The position numbers and the translations under genes are program-made. DNA of 64,000 nt, taken from NCBI GenBank assembly GCA_900617105.1, contig UYFQ01000023.1:682001-746000 (forward strand). The letters are read 5' to 3'. Positions 31,445-42,554 of the stretch are shown one piece after another (the stretch's first letter is position 1; every line of letters begins with the position of its first letter). Below the pieces are notes generated by a model. It saw only the letters and a program-made list of their open reading frames with translations. It was not told where the DNA came from and made no database searches. This stretch comes from Hydrurus foetidus (taxonomy: Eukaryota).

Positions 31445-32443
31445 GTGTTCAAAAACGTGATGGTGTACCGCATCGGCTCCGCTTGGAGCACGACCGTCGA
31501 GCAAATTGAAGAAAACCTGACCAAGCTGCGCTTTGTGCCGTGCAGCGCCAGCCAAGAGCAGTCCATCGGCTGGGTGGAGCCGCGCGGGCAGGCCAACGGT
31601 GCGCTGATCGAAGCGATTGGCGGGCATTGGATGCTGAAGCTGCAAATTGAAAACAAAGTGCTGCCAGCCTCGGTGGTCAAGCGCAAAGTCGAAGAAATGG
31701 CTGCCCACATCGAGCAATCCGAAGGCCGCAAACCCGGTAAAAAAGAGCGCAAAGAAATCCGCGACAACGCACTCTTGGAGCTGCTGCCTATGGCGTTCAC
31801 CAAGCAAGGCTCGGTGCTGGTCTGGATTGACCCCACCGAGCGACTGCTGACGCTGGACGCAGGCAGCCAGGGCCGCGCCGACACGGTGATGACATGCCTG
31901 ATGGAATGCGTGCCCGGCCTGACGGTAGAGTTGATCCAAACCGCCCAATCGCCCGCCGTGTGCATGGCGGGCTGGCTGGTCAGCCGCGAGCCGCCCCCTG
32001 GTTTCAGCATCGACCGCGAGTGTGAACTCAAATCCACCGATGAAAACAAAGCCACCGTGCGCTACGCCAAACACGCGCTGGACATCGACGAAGTGCGCCA
32101 GCACATCGAAGGCGGCAAAGTGCCCACTAAACTGGCCATGACCTGGGAAGGCCGGGTGTCGTTCCTGCTGACGGAGACGATGCAGGTCAAAAAACTGACG
32201 TTTCTGGAAGGCGTGTTCGAGAACACGTCAGGTGAAAAAGAAGATAAGTTTGACGCCGACGTGGCCATCAGCACCGGCGAGCTGAGCCAGTTGATTCCTG
32301 ATTTGCTGCTGGCTTTAGGCGGCGAACAAGGTGTGGAAACCTTCAGCGCACCGGCAGGGGTTGTCGCTGCAAAACCTGCCAAGACGGCAACCCAAGCCAC
32401 GGCTGCAGCGACAGCGATTGAAGAAGAAAACCTGGATTTTTAA
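31445..32443 (+). CDS. rdgC: Recombination-associated protein RdgC
   Basis: GTG start FKNVMVYR, GWVEPRG, KVLPASVV, LLPMAF, ECELKS, KLAMTW. Confidence 0.92.
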   Translation: MFKNVMVYRIGSAWSTTVEQIEENLTKLRFVPCSASQEQSIGWVEPRGQANGALIEAIGGHWMLKLQIENKVLPASVVKRKVEEMAAHIEQSEGRKPGKKERKEIRDNALLELLPMAFTKQGSVLVWIDPTERLLTLDAGSQGRADTVMTCLMECVPGLTVELIQTAQSPAVCMAGWLVSREPPPGFSIDRECELKSTDENKATVRYAKHALDIDEVRQHIEGGKVPTKLAMTWEGRVSFLLTETMQVKKLTFLEGVFENTSGEKEDKFDADVAISTGELSQLIPDLLLALGGEQGVETFSAPAGVVAAKPAKTATQATAAATAIEEENLDF

Positions 32444-32463
32444 AGCAACTCAGCGTTAACGGC

Positions 32464-32763
32464 TCAGGCCTGCAAGTTCAGCAGGCTGCCCATCATCTGG
32501 TTGCTGGAGCGGAACACCGTCAGGTTCGCCAGAAATGAATTCTTGGCTTGCAACTGCTGCACGATGTCTGTCTCAATCGACTGCTGCTGGGTGCTGGCCG
32601 ACACCAGCGAAGTGCTGACCCCACCGCTGGGGTCAGCCTCTTGCACCACCTCTTGCCGCGTGAACCCTGCCGTCATCCCGTTCGCGATGTTGTGCGCCGA
32701 CGCTCCCAGCTGCGTTTGCGCAGCTTGCATACCGGAAAGGGAAATGGCGGACAGGGCGTTCAT
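32464..32763 (-). CDS. Small flagellar basal-body rod/hook-like protein
   Basis: SLSGMQAAQTQLGASAHNIAN N-terminal motif and ...ANLTVFRSSNQMMGSLLNL C-terminal motif. Confidence 0.75.
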   Translation of the reverse strand: MNALSAISLSGMQAAQTQLGASAHNIANGMTAGFTRQEVVQEADPSGGVSTSLVSASTQQQSIETDIVQQLQAKNSFLANLTVFRSSNQMMGSLLNLQA

Positions 32764-32872
32764 GGCGAAGGAGTAAGGGAAGAAATAGCGGGTGAAGTGA
32801 CGCTACTTTAGCGCGTTATGTGACTTTTGTCATGTTTCAACTTTGTCAGGCGCGCTTGCCGATAATCGCTGC

Positions 32873-33586
32873 ATGAATACATCTTCAGTGCATCTTCCCG
32901 TCAAAGTGCTCGCCTTCGACATCTTCGGCACCGTCGTCGATTGGCACGGCAGCATCCAGCGCGAAGTCGAGGCGCTTTACCCTGGCGTGGACGGGGCAGC
33001 CTTTGCACTGGCATGGCGCAAAGGCTATGTGCCCGCTATGGCTCGCGTGACGCGCGGCGAGCTGGGCTGGACGCTGATTGACGATCTGCACCGCATGATC
33101 CTGGACACCATCCTTCTCGATTTTGGTTTGTCGCACCTGGACGAAGCACAGCGCCAGCACCTGAACCGCGTATGGCACCGCTTGGCGGCGTGGCCGGATT
33201 CGGTAGCTGGCCTGACACGGCTGAAAACCCGGTTCACCCTCACCACCTTGTCGAACGGCAATATCGGCCTGCTCACCAACATGGCCAAGCGCGCCGGTTT
33301 ACCGTGGGATTGCATCCTGTCCGCCGAAGTGTTCCGCGCCTACAAGCCCAACCCTGCAACGTATTTGGGCGTCGCCAAGGTGTTTGAATTGAAGCCTGAA
33401 GAAGTGATGCTCGTCGCCGCCCACCACGACGATTTGGCCGGCGCCCGCGCCTGCGGCCTGCACACCGCGTACATCGAGCGCCCTCTGGAATTTGGCGCAG
33501 CGAATGTGAAAGATGTGTCACCGCAAGCGGGAAATGACCTGCATTGCAGCAGTTTGCTGGACTTGGCGGAACGGCTGGGGTGCTAG
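32873..33586 (+). CDS. Haloacid dehalogenase type II
   Basis: AFDIFGTVVDW, LSNGN, YKP, MLVAAH..DL HAD motifs. Confidence 0.9.
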   Translation: MNTSSVHLPVKVLAFDIFGTVVDWHGSIQREVEALYPGVDGAAFALAWRKGYVPAMARVTRGELGWTLIDDLHRMILDTILLDFGLSHLDEAQRQHLNRVWHRLAAWPDSVAGLTRLKTRFTLTTLSNGNIGLLTNMAKRAGLPWDCILSAEVFRAYKPNPATYLGVAKVFELKPEEVMLVAAHHDDLAGARACGLHTAYIERPLEFGAANVKDVSPQAGNDLHCSSLLDLAERLGC

Positions 33587-33703
33587 CGCCTGTAAAAGTA
33601 CGATGCACCTTCGACTTTTCAGATGTGTAAGGCATGCTGATGCCATCTTTCAGCCCAGCCAACCCAACAGGACATTCAGAAACTTAGCAGCTTGTCGCTA
33701 CAG

Positions 33704-36700
33704 CTACACGCCATACTTCTCCAACATCACCTCACAAAGCTGTAAAACCGTATCAAACGCCAAGTTATCCATAGCAGCCTCCAACGCGCCCATCTCTTCA
33801 CCCAGCACCTTACCAAACTGCTGCTTCAATGCGACAAAGGCGTTCATGGCGTCCATGTCATAGGCTTGCAGCAAAGGCATCAAGACTTGCAAAGCCGCCA
33901 CCAATGCAGCTCGGTCTAGTGCCTGCGCTGTATCGCCCGTGGCAGCCGGTGCCTCTGCCGCCGCATGCTCTTGCTGTAAAACCTGCAGCAGTGCCTGCAA
34001 ACCAGGCTGCGCGGTGGTGATGGCTTGGCAAACCTGCATGGCGATGGCAGTACCTTGTACGCCCGCTGGATCCGCTGCGATGGCTTTTCCCGCTTTCGCC
34101 GCCTCGGTGGACAGCGCGGTGGCACCCAGTGTGGCGGCCAGACCTTTGAGTGTGTGCAGCACGCGCCTGGCTTCGTCGTGTTTTGCACTCACTTCGGGCT
34201 CTTGTGCAAAGGCGAGTAACTGTGCATGCATGGTCTGCAAATCGTTCATAAAGATTTGCAGCATGCGCCGGTACACATCGTGCTTGCCGCCCAAGCGGTT
34301 CAGGGCGGCCTGCATGTCTACTCCGCCCGCAGCAGCGGTCTGCAGGGCGCCGGAGGTGATGGTTGATTCAAGACGGGTTGGTTCGCCCTGTGCGTCCCCC
34401 CATTGCACTTGGCTGCGCAGTACGCGTACCAAATCGTCTAAATTGAAAGGTTTGCCTACGTGGTCGTTCATGCCTGCTGCCAGACAGGCTTCTCGGTCGC
34501 TGGCCATGGCGTTGGCGGTCATGGCCACTATGGGCAGCTTGTCCAGGCCCAGGTCGCGGCGGATGGCGCGGGTGGCGGTAAAGCCGTCCATGACGGGCAT
34601 TTGCAGGTCCATGAGTACCACATCAAAGGCTGCCGTGTTTGCACCGCTTGCATTGGCTGCAGCCGCAGCCGCAACGGCTTCAACGGCTTCTTGCCCGTGG
34701 TTGGCTATCTGCACCAGTGCGCCTTCGTCCTCCAGCAGTTCACGGGCCACCTGCTGGTTGTTGAGGTTGTCTTCTACCAGCAGCAGGCGCATGCCTTCAA
34801 GGCGGTGTTGGGTTGCCTGCGCTTTGTGCGGGGATGGGTGTGGCTGGTCATGGCCTGCTTTGGCATCCATTACCGCATCAAACAGCATGGAGGAGGTGAC
34901 GGGTTTTACCAAAAAGCCGTTTAGCAGCGCTTGGTCGGCTGGGCTGCGTTGGGACAGCATTTCGCGCCCGTGGGCGGTGAGCATCACGATGACCGGGGGT
35001 TGGTGGGTGTCTCCTGCCTGGGTCTGTTCGGTCTGCAGGTCTCGGATGTGTTGGCTGGTTTGCCAACCGTCCATGTCTGGCATGTTCCAGTCGACAAAGA
35101 TGGCTTGGTAAGGGTTGTCTTGTGCTGTGCGCTGCGCCAGCATTTGCAGTGCCTGCACTCCGCTTTCGGCCAGGTCGACTTTCCAGCCCAGGGACTGGCC
35201 CATGTGCTCTAGCACTTCGCGGGCTGAGGGGTTGTCGTCAATGACCAGTACGTGCAGCGAGGTGTTGTGGTCACGTGCACGCAGGCGTGCTTGTTCTTCA
35301 AGACTCTGTGCGGTGGCGATGGGCAGGGTTACGGTGAAGTGAAAGCGGCTGCCTTTGCCGAGTTCGCTTTGCACTGCGAGCTCGCCTCCCATCATGCCTA
35401 CAAAGCGCTGGCTGATGACGATGCCTAAGCCGGTTCCGCCAAAGCGGCGTGTTGTGCTGGCCTCGGCTTGGGTGAAGCCGCTGAAGATGCGGGCTTGGTT
35501 CTCGGGCGCAATGCCAATGCCGCTGTCGCGCATGCTGAACTGCAGGGTGACGATATCGTCTGTGCAGTACATGACTTGTACGGCGAGGACTACCTCGCCT
35601 TGTGCGGTGAATTTGATGGCGTTGCTGGCCAGGTTGAGCAAGATTTGCTGGAGCCGCATGGCGTCTCCTACCAGTTGGCGCGGTAGCAGGGGGTCTATGT
35701 CAAACAGTACTTCGACCGGTTTCTCGCCTACGCTGGTGGACAAGATGACGGAGAGGTCGCGCAGCATCTGGTCTACGCTGAAGGGGTGTGGGTTGAGCGT
35801 CATTTTGCCGGCTTCGATCTTGGAGAAGTCCAAGATTTCGTTGAGCAGACCCAACAACGCGCGTGCCGCGCCATCACTCTTGGCGGCGTAGTCGGCTTGG
35901 CGGGTGGTGAGCTCGGTTTTGCGCAGCAGGGTGAGCATGCCCAGGATGGCGTTCATGGGGGTGCGGATTTCGTGGCTCATGTTCGCCAGGAATTGGCTTT
36001 TGGAGAGGGAGGCGGCTTGCGCGGCTTCGGTGGCTTGTGCCAGCTCGGTTATGTCAATACGAAAGCCCACAATATGCCCGTCCTCCAGCTTTCGCTCAAT
36101 GATGCGCAAAACGCGTCCATTGCTCAGTTTTTGCACCAATGTCGTGTTGGCCGACTGGTGCGCAGTCACCCGCTCGTACACCCATTCCTCGACTCGCCCT
36201 ATAGCGCCAGCATACTGACCCTGCTCCGCGCCGGCGCGAATAATGTCTTCAAACCGGGTACCTGGCACCATCAGGTGTGCAGTCTCTGCGTAAATATCGC
36301 GGTATTTCTGGTTGCACAACACCAGCCGATCAAGCGGGTCAAACAAGACAAATGCCTCGTCAATCACTTCGAGAGAACCACGTAGCAGGGCCGAACTTCG
36401 CAGGGCATCTTCCTCGGCACATTTGCTCTTGGTAATATCCGTCCGAATGGAGACGTATTTTTCGATTTTTTTATCGGCACCAAAAATTGGCGCGATGATT
36501 GTGTCGACCCAATACAGATCCCCATATTTCCCGGCATTGCAGACCTGGCCACGCCACGGAATACCCTCAGAGATGGTTTTCCACATGTCTGCCCAAAATG
36601 CTTGTGATTGCATGCCCGAGTTCACAATGCGGTGGTTCTGGCCTATCAGTTCCTCACGGCTGTAGCCACTGACAGCGCAGAAAGCATCATTCACTTCTTG

Positions 36701-37813
36701 AATAAAACCGCCCCGATCCGCCACAGAAACAATCGTCAGCGCATGTAGCGTACTGAGCAATGCATCGGAATTCGCATGGGCCTTGATGAGTCCTTTTTGC
36801 ATGTCTTCAAAGGCCACGCCCAAGTCCCTGATTTCACGGTACGACTCACCAGTGCCTTGTACCGTGAGCCCTTCAGATGCCACACCTTTAATACGCTGCG
36901 TCATGACCTCTATAGGGCGGGCAATCCTTTTGCCAAAAAACAGGGCCACCAGCAAAGCCAATGCCAGTGCAGCCGCTACCAAAAGCGATGTGTGGAAGGT
37001 CAGCTCTCGCAACTCCGAAAATGCTTCTGCCTGGTCCATGTGTGCCATGGTGCAACCACCCCCAATTTGAGGCAACACCCTGAAACCATGAATGACGCGA
37101 ATGCCCCGGTAGTCGGTAGCCAACATTTGCCCATCGCCAGTACGCAGACAGGCGATCATGGGTTCAGCTGATATGGGCTCTGCGCCGTGGCCTTGCGCAG
37201 ACTTGTAACGCGCACTGGTTATCAAAAACCCATTTTCGTCGGCCAAAAAGGTTTCACCAGAATTACCTAGGCTAGGATGGATTACAAAGATCGGCTGAAT
37301 GGTGCTCACCGGGTAATGCACCCACAGCTCAAAGCCTTGTGTATCCGCCCCACTGCGAATGCGGTAAATAGGCAGCACACTTGGGCTACGTTGGGCAAAC
37401 TGGGCCAACTGCCCCTGCTCAAAATGGGGCACCAGTTGTTCAAACTGACCCAACTCACCCACAGCCACAACAGCGCCATCGCCTTGTGTTAACACGGCTC
37501 CCAAAGCTCGTTCTCGGAGGATGAACTCTTTAATGATGCGTTCATAGCAGGGCGTGGGCATCGCCTCGGTAGCGCAAGACAGTCTTAATTTGTTCAGCAA
37601 TTCTGCGGTGCGATCCGTATCCCGGGTAAGTCTCTCGGTCAGCCGGACGCGCCGATCGCTGGCGACGTTGGCAACAATGGCAATGGCCCTGTCTTCGATC
37701 AGCGAGTAAATACGCCAATACGAAACGCTGACAGAAATCAACAAAGGAATGGCCACCAGTGCGAATACCACCAATGTCAGATAAGTACGCAGCGAAATTA
37801 AGTTGAATTTCAT
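33704..37813 (-). CDS. Hybrid sensor histidine kinase (Cache-like, HAMP, 2 PAS, HisKA, HATPase, 2 REC, HPt)
   Basis: [46 protein letters not shown]; start set at MKFNLIS. Confidence 0.92.
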   Translation of the reverse strand: MKFNLISLRTYLTLVVFALVAIPLLISVSVSYWRIYSLIEDRAIAIVANVASDRRVRLTERLTRDTDRTAELLNKLRLSCATEAMPTPCYERIIKEFILRERALGAVLTQGDGAVVAVGELGQFEQLVPHFEQGQLAQFAQRSPSVLPIYRIRSGADTQGFELWVHYPVSTIQPIFVIHPSLGNSGETFLADENGFLITSARYKSAQGHGAEPISAEPMIACLRTGDGQMLATDYRGIRVIHGFRVLPQIGGGCTMAHMDQAEAFSELRELTFHTSLLVAAALALALLVALFFGKRIARPIEVMTQRIKGVASEGLTVQGTGESYREIRDLGVAFEDMQKGLIKAHANSDALLSTLHALTIVSVADRGGFIQEVNDAFCAVSGYSREELIGQNHRIVNSGMQSQAFWADMWKTISEGIPWRGQVCNAGKYGDLYWVDTIIAPIFGADKKIEKYVSIRTDITKSKCAEEDALRSSALLRGSLEVIDEAFVLFDPLDRLVLCNQKYRDIYAETAHLMVPGTRFEDIIRAGAEQGQYAGAIGRVEEWVYERVTAHQSANTTLVQKLSNGRVLRIIERKLEDGHIVGFRIDITELAQATEAAQAASLSKSQFLANMSHEIRTPMNAILGMLTLLRKTELTTRQADYAAKSDGAARALLGLLNEILDFSKIEAGKMTLNPHPFSVDQMLRDLSVILSTSVGEKPVEVLFDIDPLLPRQLVGDAMRLQQILLNLASNAIKFTAQGEVVLAVQVMYCTDDIVTLQFSMRDSGIGIAPENQARIFSGFTQAEASTTRRFGGTGLGIVISQRFVGMMGGELAVQSELGKGSRFHFTVTLPIATAQSLEEQARLRARDHNTSLHVLVIDDNPSAREVLEHMGQSLGWKVDLAESGVQALQMLAQRTAQDNPYQAIFVDWNMPDMDGWQTSQHIRDLQTEQTQAGDTHQPPVIVMLTAHGREMLSQRSPADQALLNGFLVKPVTSSMLFDAVMDAKAGHDQPHPSPHKAQATQHRLEGMRLLLVEDNLNNQQVARELLEDEGALVQIANHGQEAVEAVAAAAAANASGANTAAFDVVLMDLQMPVMDGFTATRAIRRDLGLDKLPIVAMTANAMASDREACLAAGMNDHVGKPFNLDDLVRVLRSQVQWGDAQGEPTRLESTITSGALQTAAAGGVDMQAALNRLGGKHDVYRRMLQIFMNDLQTMHAQLLAFAQEPEVSAKHDEARRVLHTLKGLAATLGATALSTEAAKAGKAIAADPAGVQGTAIAMQVCQAITTAQPGLQALLQVLQQEHAAAEAPAATGDTAQALDRAALVAALQVLMPLLQAYDMDAMNAFVALKQQFGKVLGEEMGALEAAMDNLAFDTVLQLCEVMLEKYGV

Positions 37814-38022
37814 CAGGCCTCTTTTGAAATTTACAGCCAATTCAAACTGGTGTGCTATCAATATTGCACAAATATGAGGAATCAAACCACCTTCGATTTG
37901 CACTGCTTGCGCACACGCAGCAACCCCATGGGGAGGCCGTGAATTGCACATTTTTATCAGGCTATCACACATATTCCCGACCCGCATTGGGACTGGATAT
38001 CACCCTTACTCAGTCATCAGTT

Positions 38023-38242
38023 GTGGACGGCGCAGCCTTTGCACTGGCATGGCGCAAAGGCTATGTGGTGGTGCGCGGCGAGCTGGGTTGGACGCTGATT
38101 GACGACCTGCACCGCTTGGCGGCGTGGCCCGATTCGGTAGCAGGAATTTGGCGCAGCGAATGTGAAAGATGTCTCACCGCAAGCGGGAAATGACCTGCAT
38201 TGCAGCAGTTTGCTGGACTTGGCAGAGCGGTTGGGGTGCTGA
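38023..38242 (+). pseudogene. Internally deleted duplicate of the haloacid dehalogenase gene
   Basis: Four near-identical blocks matching 32987-33031, 33052-33094, 33175-33207 and 33487-33586 in the same order. Confidence 0.92.
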
Positions 38243-38255
38243 AATTGGTGGACAG

Positions 38256-38540
38256 CTACGGGTACTTTCGCGCCACATGAAGCACATCCACAGCCGTGAC
38301 AGTGGTATCAGTCTGCTGTAAAACCACCACGTAATTCGGGTGTGCCACCAGTTCTAAAGTCCCAGCGACTCGGCCACGGCGGCGGGGGAAATTGGGGTCC
38401 GCGAGGCTTCCCACTTGATCGTCAATGTGCAGCATCACCCCCATAGCGGCATCGGCATTGTTCAGCGCAATATGGTCATAAACCGCCTCTAACTGACGTT
38501 CGTAAAGCGGCGTGCGAGCAACGGTCATCCAAGCGGTCAT
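38256..38540 (-). CDS. RelE/ParE family toxin
   Basis: 94 aa; YDHIA..N..AA, GRVAGTLELV.HPNYVVV, VLH.ARKYP; overlaps the upstream gene by 4 bp. Confidence 0.82.
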   Translation of the reverse strand: MTAWMTVARTPLYERQLEAVYDHIALNNADAAMGVMLHIDDQVGSLADPNFPRRRGRVAGTLELVAHPNYVVVLQQTDTTVTAVDVLHVARKYP

Positions 38541-39004
38541 ACGGCCTGCCGCGCCTTGACACGCGCGATCAAGTCAGCGCGACGACCTGTCCATTCTTCA
38601 GGTGTGTAAGGCGTGTTGCTGCCATCTTTCAATCCATCCAGCGCCACCTGCACCCTGGCACGAAACCAGCGGTCGTAGTCTTCATCCTGCTGCACCGCTT
38701 CATGCGCCGCCTTCAAGGCAGCACTGCGGTCAGGACGACTGACTTTTTCCAATGCACGCTCTTCAGGCCGCCACTGCGTGGTGTCTACCCGGCAATCGTT
38801 CAGCCCAATCCCCCGCAGCACCTGAAACGCCTTGCGTGGATCAGCAAACCGACGCGGCTGCTGCCGCGACGTAACCATGATCGCTTGGCCCCGCTGGGTG
38901 TGGATGTCCACCACGAACGCAGCACCGTCACCACGCAAAGTGATGCCAGTGATGCCACCGGACAGGGTGGAGGCTTTGAGCTGTTCGAGGTTGAGGGTTT
39001 GCAT
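38537..39004 (-). CDS. Putative antitoxin
   Basis: Coupled upstream of the ParE-like toxin; C-terminal YDRWFRARVQVALD motif typical of antitoxins of ParE toxins. Confidence 0.7.
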   Translation of the reverse strand: MQTLNLEQLKASTLSGGITGITLRGDGAAFVVDIHTQRGQAIMVTSRQQPRRFADPRKAFQVLRGIGLNDCRVDTTQWRPEERALEKVSRPDRSAALKAAHEAVQQDEDYDRWFRARVQVALDGLKDGSNTPYTPEEWTGRRADLIARVKARQAV

Positions 39005-39120
39005 GATGGGCTTCTGTGTGGAAGTGGTGTGATGGGACTATCGCGCTTGAGTTTAATTATTTTTTGAAAATCAAACAATTGTTATTTGTAGAATTTCACA
39101 CCGCTTTTCAATCAGGCAAA

Positions 39121-39921
39121 TTACGCTCTGTTGTATGGATCAATCAGTAACTCAAAATTCTGACTGCTGGTAGTAGCTCGATAGATCGCCAAGGAACTCG
39201 CCCGCTGTGAAACCCACTTTCGCACCGTGTCTACAGTTGCCCGCGAAGCGAGTGCACCGAGAATGATGCCTGTGAGATTGCTAGGACGGTACTGAACCGA
39301 GCCGGGGCCTTCCATGTATTTGAATAGTCGCCATTCAGTCTCGTACGCCCAATGCTCCGACTTAGTCAGCATAGCCTTTTCCATCATTGCCATGTTGTCG
39401 TCTGCGTATGGATTTATTGAGACACGTTTAAGCGAGTAATTGATTTTTTGGGCATGTGCCATCAAGGGGGACATACCGTCAAACTCAAGGCAAACCCCTT
39501 TGTGAGAATCCGCGTAATGGGACCACATTAGGATGTCATCACGCTTCGTGGACACACAAAACACCCCCACTGCGGTCAACGCATGAGCGTGCATAGACTG
39601 GATGAATGCTGTCGTTCCCGCAATGTTCTCAGCATCCAGAGACTTTGCCATCACACTATCAGCCTCTGCGTTGTGCTGAGCATCAGAAAGATGCGGTTGA
39701 AACTTCCTTGATAGCCTCAGGTAATCTTGACGCTGGCGCTCTGGTGGTGCATCCAAAGAAAAAGTCGGTTTCAAGTCAAATGGATCATTAAACGAGGACG
39801 GTGGCGCAAAGAAAATTTCGTTGTGCAACACGATCCTCTCCACCCGCTGAACCAACTCAGGTGTGTTCATTGGCCTGTATTTATAGAATTTTTCTGGAAC
39901 TTCAGCAGCTGCTTGGCGCAT
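39121..39921 (-). CDS. DUF2971-like protein
   Basis: YKYR, FNDPFD, LMWSHYADSHKGVCLEF, KSEHWAYETEWR motifs; GGAGG RBS before the ATG at 39921; visibly lower GC. Confidence 0.8.
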   Translation of the reverse strand: MRQAAAEVPEKFYKYRPMNTPELVQRVERIVLHNEIFFAPPSSFNDPFDLKPTFSLDAPPERQRQDYLRLSRKFQPHLSDAQHNAEADSVMAKSLDAENIAGTTAFIQSMHAHALTAVGVFCVSTKRDDILMWSHYADSHKGVCLEFDGMSPLMAHAQKINYSLKRVSINPYADDNMAMMEKAMLTKSEHWAYETEWRLFKYMEGPGSVQYRPSNLTGIILGALASRATVDTVRKWVSQRASSLAIYRATTSSQNFELLIDPYNRA

Positions 39922-40200
39922 GTGAGCACCTCCTGTGTTTGTCATCTACTTGGTGCATCGTCAAGCTATCGTATTTATAGTATTGCGCATGACTGCTTCG
40001 GGGAAGCAATTTTTCAATTGTCATGGACTGCCTTGAATCGACCACAGCCTGTCGCCCTTACATCCGAAAAACCGAAAGCCAGTCTCAAGGCAAAAGCAAG
40101 GTGCCGTTAATGGCACCCTACCCAACGATTTACCCCCACCGCAGCCCCCCCCAAACCAGCCGCCCATTCACCTCAATTTCAAAGAACAATCCCCCTCGCT

Positions 40201-40228
40201 CTTGAAACTGTCACCAAACGCCCTTATC
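40201..40228 (+). promoter_or_regulatory. Sigma32 promoter of groESL
   Basis: CTTGAAA-N13-CCCTTATC resembles CTTGAAA-N13/14-CCCCATNT. Confidence 0.7.
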
Positions 40229-40229
40229 A

Positions 40230-40256
40230 TTAGCACTCGTTGGGGTAGAGTGCTAA
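40230..40256. promoter_or_regulatory. CIRCE element (HrcA operator)
   Basis: Perfect TTAGCACTC-N9-GAGTGCTAA upstream of groES. Confidence 0.97.
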
Positions 40257-40341
40257 CAACTTGGTCTTCACCCCACAAATTAACGGACGCTAACTTTTAG
40301 CGACCTGTGATTTCAACCCTGTTTCTACTCAAGGATAAACA

Positions 40342-40632
40342 ATGAACCTCCGTCCTCTCGGCGATCGCGTGATCGTTAAGCGCGTTGACAGCGAAACCAA
40401 AACCGCTTCCGGCATCGTGATTCCTGAAGCAGCTGCTGAAAAACCAGATCAAGGCGAAGTCTTGGCTGTGGGCCCAGGCAAGCGCAATGACAAGGGCGAA
40501 ATCCAAGCTTTGACCGTCAAGGTCGGCGACCGTGTTTTGTTCGGTAAATACAGCGGCCAAACCGTCAAGGTTGCCGGTGACGAATTGCTCGTCATGAAAG
40601 AAGACGACCTGTTCGCAGTCGTCGAGAAGTAA
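40342..40632 (+). CDS. groES: Co-chaperonin GroES
   Basis: [27 protein letters not shown]. Confidence 0.98.
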   Translation: MNLRPLGDRVIVKRVDSETKTASGIVIPEAAAEKPDQGEVLAVGPGKRNDKGEIQALTVKVGDRVLFGKYSGQTVKVAGDELLVMKEDDLFAVVEK

Positions 40633-40639
40633 TTTCTCA

Positions 40640-40693
40640 ACTATCAAATAAATAGCTGGTCACGCAGTATTTATGCGGGCTAGCGCTGTATTT
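40640..40693 (+). repeat. Dispersed fixed-spacing motif between groES and groEL
   Basis: actatcaaataaatagc-tggtcac-gc-agtatttatgcgg-gcta-gcgctgtattt. Confidence 0.7.
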
Positions 40694-40705
40694 AACTTAT
40701 TTTAG

Positions 40706-42364
<1,659 letters not shown>

Positions 42365-42408
42365 AAACCCCGGCAATCGGTTTATCCGATTGCTTGAGCT
42401 GCTATCCC

Positions 42409-42445
42409 AAAAACCCCGCAATGCGTAAGCGCTGCGGGGTTTTTT
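42409..42445 (+). terminator. Intrinsic terminator after groEL
   Basis: aaaaccccgca...tgcggggtttttt. Confidence 0.8.
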
Positions 42446-42554
42446 AATGCCTGCGCAGTAAATGCATGGCTCCGCCTTGTGAACGCTACTCTGCACCCCA
42501 GCTTGGGTGTTGCGTCTCTTCTCCCCTACTCGAATCCAAACCTGAAAGCCTCTC

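Noticed and set aside
32838..32865. GCCGATAA sigma28 -10 box before the dehalogenase
   Set aside because: No properly spaced TAAA -35 element.
37852..38193. 113 aa ORF with dehalogenase-like segments
   Set aside because: Chance read-through of the deleted duplicate; lacks catalytic motifs and shifts frame relative to the parent gene.
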